A stretch of 64,000 nt of DNA. Origin: a virus. The notes beneath the pieces were generated by a model that had not been told where the DNA came from, made no database searches, and worked only from the letters and a program-made list of their open reading frames with translations. The stretch is taken from positions 1-64,000 of the IMG/VR virus record IMGVR_UViG_3300032224_001305, one strand, 5' to 3'. Positions 39,499-47,318 of the stretch are shown piece by piece (the stretch's first letter is position 1; every line of letters starts with the position of its first letter). The translations under genes were made by a program, and so were the position numbers.

Positions 39499-39909
39499 TT
39501 AGCCAGCGTTGACGTTGACCTGCACCATGATGGTGTGATTGCCTGCGGGCACCGGGTCGTTAGCCGACAGCGGGACGAGCTGGCTGTCACGAACGTAAGC
39601 ATAGCTAGCGGTGCTGGTATTCCAGCCAGCCGAAGCCACGATGTCCTTGATAGGCGTACCAGGGACGAAGTTCACCGGAACCGCGTCCTTACCCAAGCTA
39701 CCCTTGAGAAGGACGGTGTTACCGCCCTGAGCCTCAGCCAGCTTCTCGTTGTACGCCGCCTTGGCGCGCGTCATCTTAGCCGCAGCGGCAGTCAACTCAT
39801 CCATGTTCTCGGTCGAGAACTCTTCTTCGAATGCCGCCTTGGCATCTTCGTACGCGTTGGTGGCTTCGTCCAGAATGCGCTGCAGATCATCAATCGAGAG
39901 TGCGCCCAT
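39499..39909 (-). CDS. Ubiquitin-like protein (N-terminal helical hairpin plus C-terminal beta-grasp ending in Gly)
   Basis: VPVNFVPGTPIKDIVASAG...VRD..V...DPVPAG..TIMVQVNVNAG-stop resembles ThiS/MoaD/Ubl; first gene of the Ubl-E2-JAB-E1 run; GGAG RBS. Confidence 0.78.
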   Translation of the reverse strand: MGALSIDDLQRILDEATNAYEDAKAAFEEEFSTENMDELTAAAAKMTRAKAAYNEKLAEAQGGNTVLLKGSLGKDAVPVNFVPGTPIKDIVASAGWNTSTASYAYVRDSQLVPLSANDPVPAGNHTIMVQVNVNAG

Positions 39910-40224
39910 GTTATTTCTCCATGAAAAGCCTAACGGCTTTTGTTGTCCTAGCTTTGCTTGTTGTTGCGATAGTTACAGATTTGTAAGTCTTTCCGCCGCA
40001 TTCGGACGTAAGACGTATAGCCCACGGCAATCTTCCGTTGTCGGGTGCTTCTGCGTCTTCTGTCTGCAGATGAGCTACAAACAAAAGAGTCGTTACATTG
40101 CCTGATTGAACCGGTTCTCGGCTGTAAGATACAGTCCAGCCTTGGCTCATTGCGTCCTTACTACTAGCTACCACCCGTAGTAGGTACAAGAGCATATAAC
40201 ATTATTTTTATTTGTTTTGCAGAC

Positions 40225-40428
40225 TTAGTCTACGGCGGTCACATCATCCGCGGCGTCAACGGTGACGGTGACATCCGTCGCTACCGAGACTTCTCCAGCC
40301 AGCGGAGCTGCGTCAGCATCTACAGCGTCTACTACATCGACATCTGCATTACCAGCGTCAACGTCAGCCGTAGACTTGCTGCAGCCTGCGAAAACAATTA
40401 CTAGTGATAAACAAGCTAAAACTTTCAT
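40225..40428 (-). CDS. Small acidic lipoprotein
   Basis: MKVLACLSLVIVFAG-C lipobox; Asp/Ala/Val-rich mature part. Confidence 0.7.
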   Translation of the reverse strand: MKVLACLSLVIVFAGCSKSTADVDAGNADVDVVDAVDADAAPLAGEVSVATDVTVTVDAADDVTAVD

Positions 40429-40446
40429 CTAAACTCCCAATCAGGG

Positions 40447-40770
<324 letters not shown>

Positions 40771-41466
40771 TTATATTTTCTCCTTGTCTTGAAATATATC
40801 TCTGAATACTTTTGTGATGTTGCCTCTACTTACTGGCTCTGGCTGTTTCCTGCCCGTAGCCATTATGGACACATCTTTCTTTGACACTTTCTTAACTACA
40901 CCAAATCGGTGCCCACCGATCTTAGAATAGAACTGGACCATATCACCGGCCCTAATAGCGTCAATAGAGACTTCTTCGTGAAAGAGAGGTGAACTCATAT
41001 TTTTCTCACACCTCATAACTTTAGCTGCATAATTTTTAGCGCGACGTAACTTTGGACCCGCTCCCTTGGCCGCAGCAGTTCCAGCGTTGTAACCCATCAG
41101 GGTATGTCGGATGGTACATGTGGTATCTTTACCGCATGCTCCCCGCGCAAGTCTATACCACGCATTAGTTTTGCCTAGTAAAGACGCTGTCCTACTAAGG
41201 GCAACCGGGACCTTCTTCAAAGACGCACAGGGTACTTTCTTTGACGGGAGTACTTGAGTAACCCCGCACTCTCCGCTGGAACCTATTTGACTAGCGTCCC
41301 ATTTGGACTCTACGTGTGCCACGCATATAAGTCTTTCTACAGGTACGTCAGATTCTTTGGCGGTGTTAACTAGAGCAGCTTCGTTCTCGCAAATTACTTG
41401 TACTTCCTTACTATTCAGTACGCCTGGATTTGCTGAGAGTACTGCGCAAAGTGCTAGATTTATCAA
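40771..41466 (-). CDS. Lytic transglycosylase (SLT) with C-terminal SH3/KOW-like domain
   Basis: VAHVESKWD (catalytic E), GECGVTQV, YNAG, YAAKV. Confidence 0.8.
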   Translation of the reverse strand: MINLALCAVLSANPGVLNSKEVQVICENEAALVNTAKESDVPVERLICVAHVESKWDASQIGSSGECGVTQVLPSKKVPCASLKKVPVALSRTASLLGKTNAWYRLARGACGKDTTCTIRHTLMGYNAGTAAAKGAGPKLRRAKNYAAKVMRCEKNMSSPLFHEEVSIDAIRAGDMVQFYSKIGGHRFGVVKKVSKKDVSIMATGRKQPEPVSRGNITKVFRDIFQDKEKI

Positions 41467-42005
41467 GGTGCCTCATCTAGTTTAGCCACCTCAGGACTTA
41501 ACCTAATCCTATCTTTAGTTAGTTGGTCGGATAGATCAGTAAAGTCCAAAGATCGCTTGAGAATCAGCTGCGCCCAAGATGCAGGTACATCTTCCCCAAA
41601 GTAGACTATTGTGCATTCCTTTCCAGCATCTCTTAGAATCTTTTGGGTGTTAGACGCAGCCTCGATGTTTGTTACAAGGGCTATCTCGCTGGCATCATTA
41701 GCCATAGCGTAAGCCAACATTTCTGGTAAGTAACTATCCTTAGACTCCCTAGTGGGTGAGTATTGTATAACCACATAACCGGATTGTTCCAATCTCTTTA
41801 TAAAATTTTGCTGTGGTTTATTTGCGTCTATGGCTGTTGTAAAACCGATGGCAGACACAGAGTCGGAAGCCTCTCCATCTAGATCTAGTAAGTATTTTAT
41901 CTCGCCAAGTAGTTCCTTGTAGTCTATTAGCAAGTCTAAGCGTCTACTGGTGAAGTACAGCTGAGTTAAATCAAACAGGATAAATACTTTGTTGCTTTGG
42001 GTCAT
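41463..42005 (-). CDS. NYN/LabA (PIN-fold)-like protein, degenerate
   Basis: VFILFD..QLYF, IDYKELL, FIKRLEQSGY.V, IALVT, L.DAGK...IV, DFTDL. Confidence 0.6.
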   Translation of the reverse strand: MTQSNKVFILFDLTQLYFTSRRLDLLIDYKELLGEIKYLLDLDGEASDSVSAIGFTTAIDANKPQQNFIKRLEQSGYVVIQYSPTRESKDSYLPEMLAYAMANDASEIALVTNIEAASNTQKILRDAGKECTIVYFGEDVPASWAQLILKRSLDFTDLSDQLTKDRIRLSPEVAKLDEAP

Positions 42006-42146
42006 TTTATTACCTATCAATATTATTGAGCGCATATATTAGCGCGAGCCCCTTGTACAGTACCGAACCTATAGTGTCAACGCGACATACCTTCGCAAGG
42101 GGTCACCAAGTATAGACCCAAAACACCTGTAGCTGTGTATGCTGGC

Positions 42147-42206
42147 TAAAAAATTGGCAGAGTACACATAGAAGGATTTATTAGACCCTTCTATGTGTAC
42201 TCCACC
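42147..42206 (-). terminator. Strong terminator hairpin
   Basis: 16-bp perfect stem GAGTACACATAGAAGG (42160-42175) / CCTTCTATGTGTACTC (42187-42202), followed by a T6 run on the - strand. Confidence 0.75.
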
Positions 42207-42379
42207 TTGGCAGTTAGCCCACGCACGACGTCCGTCTTTCTCCTTGTCACAGGATACTCAGCCGTATATCAATGCACCGCCCGCGTTAGTCTCGTCAAAC
42301 GGAGCGAACGGCCTCCGTAAGACACAGTTGGTAACACAAGTAACTAGCTAGGTACTAGTTATATGTGTCACCGACATTC

Positions 42380-42410
42380 TTCATATATCAGAAACTTTCT
42401 TATTTTTGCA
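42380..42410 (-). promoter_or_regulatory. Putative phage promoter, copy 1 (TGCAAAAA-N12-TGATATATGAA)
   Basis: Same bipartite motif recurs at 45970-46001. Confidence 0.5.
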
Positions 42411-42412
42411 TT

Positions 42413-42497
42413 TGGTGCGAGAAGCGGGACTTGAACCCGCACGCCAAAAAGCGAAAGATTTTAAGTCTCTTGCGTCTACCGATTCCGCCATTCTCGC
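42413..42497 (-). tRNA. tRNA-Leu (UAA)
   Basis: Cloverleaf GCGAGAA/TTCTCGC, loop CTTAAAA, long variable arm, CCA encoded. Confidence 0.93.
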
Positions 42498-42523
42498 GAA
42501 GCATAACGACTAACCATATACAG

Positions 42524-42596
<73 letters not shown>

Positions 42597-42636
42597 TTAG
42601 CTGGTAACGCGTACGCTACCAGAGTTTTATAAAATA

Positions 42637-43233
42637 TCAACACTGCGTAGATAGTTCTGCAAATCTATCGTTGTAGTAATTCTTTAACGTTCCACGCAAG
42701 TAAGGAAAGTCTCCTAAGAGCGCTGGCAAGTGCGTACGTAGTTTCGCCCGATCGTTGAACTTACCGATGTTAGTAGGATCAACTAAGTACGGCACCTTAT
42801 TCCTATCAGCGTAGTCTCGTATAGAAGACCTATTAGTGTTTAGCATAGGTCTAAACACTTTTCCGTTTACTACTGGCGTATAGGAGGGATTACCCTTAAA
42901 CGCCGTTATTAAATACCACTCTATTGCGTCATCCAATGTGTGTCCAGTAACTACCTGTGCTTCAGACATCTGGTAATACTGGCTACGCATATCGTGCCAC
43001 TCTGCCTCTGTACCATATGGTAGCTTAGTAACACAGAGCGGTAATTCGTGGTCAGAACAGTAGTCTTCCACTAGACACCGACTTAGCTTTGAGAAGTCCG
43101 ACTCACCGTGCTGAAAATGTAGTACAGTTATATCTTTCCTACCCACTCTACAGAAATGGAGTAGCGCCATAGAATCTGGACCACCAGAGCATGCAACTAC
43201 AACGCGCCTATCAATATTAGGGCTGAATAACAT
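42637..43233 (-). CDS. tilS: tRNA(Ile)-lysidine synthase, minimal PP-loop domain
   Basis: SGGPDSMAL, GHTLDD..E, RPML, DPTN....DR..LR; ATG at 43233 after AGGAG. Confidence 0.88.
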   Translation of the reverse strand: MLFSPNIDRRVVVACSGGPDSMALLHFCRVGRKDITVLHFQHGESDFSKLSRCLVEDYCSDHELPLCVTKLPYGTEAEWHDMRSQYYQMSEAQVVTGHTLDDAIEWYLITAFKGNPSYTPVVNGKVFRPMLNTNRSSIRDYADRNKVPYLVDPTNIGKFNDRAKLRTHLPALLGDFPYLRGTLKNYYNDRFAELSTQC

Positions 43234-43252
43234 TTGCACTCCTATAACATAA

Positions 43253-43329
<77 letters not shown>

Positions 43330-43342
43330 ACTGAAAACAATT

Positions 43343-43419
43343 TGGTCGGAGTGAAGGGATTCGAACCCATGACCCTCTGCTCCCAAAGCAGATGCGCTAC
43401 CAGACTGCGCTACACTCCG
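43343..43419 (-). tRNA. tRNA-Pro (UGG)
   Basis: CGGAGTG/CACTCCG, loop TTTGGGA, CCA. Confidence 0.95.
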
Positions 43420-43565
43420 AAAGGCTCCTGCACAATTAAGCATCGTGCTAACGCGTGGAGTACACGACGATCTTACTTCTGTCGCTGGACTAGGCCATAC
43501 GGCGCCCGATGGGGGACGAGAGAAGAGATAGATCGCGACCCGGAGGTGAACACCCCATCTCCAGG

Positions 43566-43648
43566 TGGAAGGTGGTAGATTCGAACTACCGTAGGCTGAC
43601 GCCGGCAGATTTACAGTCTGCTCCAATTGGCCACTCTGGCAACCTTCC
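43566..43648 (-). tRNA. tRNA-Tyr (GUA)
   Basis: GGAAGGT/ACCTTCC, loop CTGTAAA, variable arm; followed by CCT rather than CCA. Confidence 0.92.
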
Positions 43649-43681
43649 ATTGGGGTGCGCTCGCAGGATGATCCTAGACCG

Positions 43682-44245
43682 CTAACTTAACTGCTGATCT
43701 ACGCAATGCTCGACAGACATAAAGTCCGTATGTGCTTTGCATCTAGGCTCGTACCCTTCTTTACCTCCGACCTTAACTTCTTCCTGCTTCTCCACCAAAG
43801 TAATTGTGTAGTAGGCGTCGTTTCCGCAGAAGCAAACCGCGGGACAAAGCTCAATCTTTGTTGCCCACGGCAGTATCTTTGCCATCTCTGGAAAGGCGCT
43901 ACCTTCTGACGAGAGCTGCAAGGAGGAGACGTATATTTGCTTTCCTTGTTTGTATAACTCAACCAGAACGTCTGACACCCCCGGTATCATAAAGGCTTCG
44001 TCAACCGCTATTACCTCTGCTTTACCTAGATGGTCAAAGATCTCTCTACCCTCGCTGATAGGAATAGACTCCCAGCGGTTTCCGTTATGAGAAACAACAG
44101 CCTTCGTTGCATACCTAGTATCAATGCTCGGCTTGAACAGTTTAATTACCTTCTTCTGGTATTTTGCTCTTTCCAGCTGCGAAAGCATTCTTGACGTTTT
44201 ACCGCCGAACATTGGGCCGGTGAAGACTACAAACTCTTGTTTCAT
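43682..44245 (-). CDS. tdk: Thymidine kinase
   Basis: GPMFGGKT, FKP.IDTRY, SH.G, VDEAF, AVC.CG, VGG.E.YEPRC..H. Confidence 0.93.
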   Translation of the reverse strand: MKQEFVVFTGPMFGGKTSRMLSQLERAKYQKKVIKLFKPSIDTRYATKAVVSHNGNRWESIPISEGREIFDHLGKAEVIAVDEAFMIPGVSDVLVELYKQGKQIYVSSLQLSSEGSAFPEMAKILPWATKIELCPAVCFCGNDAYYTITLVEKQEEVKVGGKEGYEPRCKAHTDFMSVEHCVDQQLS

Positions 44246-44264
44246 TTTTATACTCTAGTTGTAG

Positions 44265-44337
44265 TGCGCTCGGAGGGAATCGAACCCTCGACCAACAGAT
44301 TAAAAGTCTGCTGCTCTACCGACTGAGCTACAAGCGC
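44265..44337 (-). tRNA. tRNA-Lys (UUU)
   Basis: GCGCTTG/CGAGCGC, loop CTTTTAA, no CCA. Confidence 0.95.
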
Positions 44338-44342
44338 AGCCG

Positions 44343-44456
44343 CTATTTATTCTTAAGATACATCCCGATTAAATCTATTATGATTGATACACCGAAGCCA
44401 AACGCGGCTCCCCATACAAATCCCTCTATACCAGAAGCGCTAGCTAGATAATCCAA
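44343..44456 (-). CDS. Small single-TM protein (37 aa)
   Basis: TTG start after AGGAGG; FVWGAAFGFGVSIIIDLIGMYL. Confidence 0.45.
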   Translation of the reverse strand: MDYLASASGIEGFVWGAAFGFGVSIIIDLIGMYLKNK

Positions 44457-44484
44457 GCTACCTCCTACTAGATTAGTATCACTG

Positions 44485-44559
44485 TGGAGCGGGCGATGGG
44501 ATTCGAACCCACGACGTTCAGCTTGGAAGGCTGACACTCTACCGCTGAGTTACACCCGC
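44485..44559 (-). tRNA. tRNA-Gly (UCC)
   Basis: GCGGGTG/CGCCCGC, loop CTTCCAA, U73, CCA. Confidence 0.95.
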
Positions 44560-44575
44560 GTCCCCATTATAGATG

Positions 44576-44664
44576 TGGCGGAGGGAGAGGGATTCGAACC
44601 CCCGGACGCTTTTAACGTCGACGGTTTTCAAGACCGCTCCATTAAACCACTCTGGCATCCCTCC
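44576..44664 (-). tRNA. tRNA-Ser (UGA)
   Basis: GGAGGGA/TCCCTCC, loop CTTGAAA, long variable arm, GCCA. Confidence 0.95.
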
Positions 44665-44720
44665 GGCTAGTACCGCCCGTGAGGACGGCACCGTTACACC
44701 TTGTACACGTGGTACATGTG

Positions 44721-45101
44721 CTATTTCTGAAACTGCTCAGGATCGTCCGCATCGGTGTCTACCTGTAGCATAGACGCGACCAACTGACATATTTTCATTT
44801 TAGTGTAGTGGGTTTGGTTAGACAACGGACACTTACTCAAGAAGTAGCTTGTGTGTAGAAAGCCTGATGCAGGTGCTTCGAACACGTAAGATTCTCCTAA
44901 CGTTCGTCCTAAGACGTAAACCGAGTTATCGTCCGGAGCAATACACGCTATGGCCTTGTATCTAGTTCCGTCGCCTGGTTGCCATTCCACCACAACCACG
45001 TTTTCTTTAATGCAAACTTTATTCGTTCCCGGCCTGCTATATGGACTGTACGCAGCATCTAACCTGCTACTCACGTTGTCGGCATATGTCGAATCAAACA
45101 T
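44721..45101 (-). CDS. Hypothetical protein
   Basis: 126-aa ORF with GAGGT RBS within the tRNA cluster. Confidence 0.65.
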   Translation of the reverse strand: MFDSTYADNVSSRLDAAYSPYSRPGTNKVCIKENVVVVEWQPGDGTRYKAIACIAPDDNSVYVLGRTLGESYVFEAPASGFLHTSYFLSKCPLSNQTHYTKMKICQLVASMLQVDTDADDPEQFQK

Positions 45102-45116
45102 GGCTACCTCAAATAA

Positions 45117-45383
45117 TTAGGTCCAATCTCTAACCACTAGAAATACACCAGTGGCTACCGTGTAACCGACGCCCTCCATTAGAGCTATCTTTACTCGATC
45201 TTGTGCACTACGTGCTTCTACTATCAATATCGTAGGAACCATAGCTATAAGCGGGTAAGTAAAGCTAATGGCCAATCCAAGGGTGTACACCTTGTTATTG
45301 GCCGCGTACGCTGCTACGTCGAACCACATCTGCAGTAGGAACGCAGCTAAAAAAGCGGCAACGTATTTAGCTTTATTACTCAT
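45117..45383 (-). CDS. Small membrane protein (about 3 TM)
   Basis: ATG at 45383; three hydrophobic segments. Confidence 0.6.
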   Translation of the reverse strand: MSNKAKYVAAFLAAFLLQMWFDVAAYAANNKVYTLGLAISFTYPLIAMVPTILIVEARSAQDRVKIALMEGVGYTVATGVFLVVRDWT

Positions 45384-45404
45384 ATTAAATTCCTGGTTAT
45401 TTGG

Positions 45405-45480
45405 TGGTGGACTCAAGGGGGATCGAACCCCTGACCCTCGGCTTGCAAAGCCGATGCTCTCCCAGCTGAGCTATGAGCCC
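45405..45480 (-). tRNA. tRNA-Ala (UGC)
   Basis: GGGCTCA/TGAGTCC with G3:U70, loop TTTGCAA, CCA. Confidence 0.95.
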
Positions 45481-45575
45481 TTGGTAAAAAGCGCGTGATA
45501 GCCAATATCATGGCGATATACAGAGACACTCGCTCTGCATATCGGCCACTCGGCGTGGACTTTGACTATACGCGC

Positions 45576-45650
45576 TGGTGGATGCTGAGGGATTCGAACC
45601 CCCGACTGCCTCCGTGTAAAGGAGGAACTCTACCGCTGAGTTAAGCATCC
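45576..45650 (-). tRNA. tRNA-Val (UAC)
   Basis: GGATGCT/AGCATCC, loop TTTACAC, CCA. Confidence 0.95.
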
Positions 45651-45776
45651 TTAAGGAAAGTACCTGAGCGCCTTTATAGGTAGCGCTTTCCTGCTGCAAC
45701 AGGCATGCGTTTTACCAGTGAGCACTTGCAGGTGCTTACTCGATCTGTCGCATCTTTCTAAATCAGGTACTCCCGG

Positions 45777-45850
45777 TGGGCCCTCTGGGATTTGAACCCA
45801 GTACCCGCAGTTTATGAGACTGCTGCTCTAACCGATTGAGCTAAGGGCCC
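45777..45850 (-). tRNA. tRNA with CAU anticodon, most likely tRNA-Ile2
   Basis: GGGCCCT/AGGGCCC, loop CTCATAA; paired 1:72 (not initiator); resembles bacterial ileX; tilS in the same cluster. Confidence 0.85.
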
Positions 45851-45867
45851 GTTCACCTAACTGACAG

Positions 45868-45949
45868 TGCGTGTAGAGGGACTCGAACCCCCACGTCTCT
45901 CAACAACAGAACCTAAATCTGCCGCGTCTACCAATTCCGCCATACACGC
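45868..45949 (-). tRNA. tRNA-Leu (UAG)
   Basis: GCGTGTA/TACACGC, loop TTTAGGT, variable arm, no CCA. Confidence 0.93.
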
Positions 45950-45969
45950 CTAATGAACTCTACGCAGTA

Positions 45970-46001
45970 TTCATATATCAAAGAACAACGCGCTTTTTGC
46001 A
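45970..46001 (-). promoter_or_regulatory. Putative phage promoter, copy 2 (TGCAAAAA-N13-TGATATATGAA), heading the tRNA cluster
   Basis: About 20 nt upstream of the first tRNA; motif shared with 42380-42410. Confidence 0.55.
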
Positions 46002-46069
46002 CGCAAATACAAAGTCGATCTTGGTATAGGAGCTGTGCTGCACAAGCACCAAGCAGCTAGGAGGTATAC

Positions 46070-46666
46070 ATGCAGTTCGACTTGACGTCAATACAACCCA
46101 ATGATCCGCTCAAGGACTTCTTATCTGCTGTGATGAGAATCGATAAAGCCAGTATCAATATGCACATGCAGAATCTGGCAGAGTTCGATATCGAAATTAC
46201 TGTCAACGGGCGCTCGATAATGCCGGATGTGCTAATCAAGACGATGCTGGCGGCTAAAGACAGAGAGATTGCGAGTCTTCGTGAAAAGCTAACGCAGGAG
46301 TCAGTTAGTCGACTTCTACGGTCTAGCGCTTCTACTGGGCAAGTCTCTGCGCCAGTAAGCGCAGAACCTGAAGTAGTGCAAGCACCTGCTACACAGGCAC
46401 AACCGGAGACACCTACAGTAAACTATGACGCTGACGTAACCGTTAGTCGAGATCTGGTCGTCTTCAAGAAAGAGGCCTTTAAGAAGTTCTACGAGTCTAC
46501 GCAGCAGGGCGTAGAGTCTCTGTCGGATCTACTACTACAGCACATCAATCATACGCAGAGACGTAAGGGTGTAATACCCAGCGAGACGCTCGTGCGTCTG
46601 CTGACAGTAGAAAGTAAATTTGGTGTTGTCTCTAAGATGATGGAGCGTGTACGAAATGACTTTTGA
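46070..46666 (+). CDS. Hypothetical protein
   Basis: 198 aa, AGGAGGT RBS. Confidence 0.75.
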   Translation: MQFDLTSIQPNDPLKDFLSAVMRIDKASINMHMQNLAEFDIEITVNGRSIMPDVLIKTMLAAKDREIASLREKLTQESVSRLLRSSASTGQVSAPVSAEPEVVQAPATQAQPETPTVNYDADVTVSRDLVVFKKEAFKKFYESTQQGVESLSDLLLQHINHTQRRKGVIPSETLVRLLTVESKFGVVSKMMERVRNDF

Positions 46667-46952
46667 ACCACCGCAGTTTGGCTTGCCTCCGCATGTGGTA
46701 AGTCACATACTGGTAAACCCGTCTCGCTGGACAAAGAAAGGCGACTTGCTGAAGAAGCAACTTCGCAAGTTGACCACTAATGAAACAGCCATAAATAATT
46801 TTCTGACTCGGCACTCTGTCGGAAGTAGCAAGGTCTACTTCCCGATAGCTGCTAACCACGCGCCTAGGCTAGATACAGCTAAGTACCCCACTAGGAATCA
46901 CTACGAGGATGTAGTACCAGGCAGTGTCTACGCCTTGGTAGTTATTCCCTAG
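46656..46952 (+). CDS. Hypothetical protein
   Basis: ATG overlapping the previous gene end (MTFEPPQF...); followed by a terminator. Confidence 0.55.
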   Translation: MTFEPPQFGLPPHVVSHILVNPSRWTKKGDLLKKQLRKLTTNETAINNFLTRHSVGSSKVYFPIAANHAPRLDTAKYPTRNHYEDVVPGSVYALVVIP

Positions 46953-46956
46953 AAAT

Positions 46957-47000
46957 AAAAGACGGCGCGATGATCTACCAAGGTCATCTCGTCGTTTTTT
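46957..47000 (+). terminator. Intrinsic terminator
   Basis: Imperfect stem AAAAGACGGCGCGATGA ... TCATCTCGTCG followed by TTTTTT. Confidence 0.55.
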
Positions 47001-47067
47001 AGCTATTGACAGTCGTAGAGGCTACGTGGTAAACCGCTGCTGTATTGATGTGTATACAGTAAACTAG

Positions 47068-47316
47068 GTGAAACCAGTGGCAAGTTCGGCACAACTGACA
47101 ATTTGGCAACACCGTGATTTGTGCTCAGTACGTCGTCATGACGAGCTGAACGGACTAGGTCCGTATCAACTTTTTACTACTGATGACGTATGCAGATATT
47201 TAGATTGCGCCAACTATGATGGCTGCCTAACCTTTGCGGCGGCAAACAAATGGGGGTCCTTTTCTTGTAAAGGATGCAGGAAGGCCCTACACGGAGAATT
47301 TGTAACAGAGGAGTAA
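47068..47316 (+). CDS. Small Cys-rich protein
   Basis: C...C..YD.CL..AA..KW.SFSCKGC. Confidence 0.55.
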   Translation: MKPVASSAQLTIWQHRDLCSVRRHDELNGLGPYQLFTTDDVCRYLDCANYDGCLTFAAANKWGSFSCKGCRKALHGEFVTEE

Positions 47317-47318
47317 TT

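Noticed and set aside
39911-40195. 94-aa ORF upstream of Ubl as a fifth operon member
   Set aside because: No clear RBS or motif; it may be the operon leader. Left uncalled.
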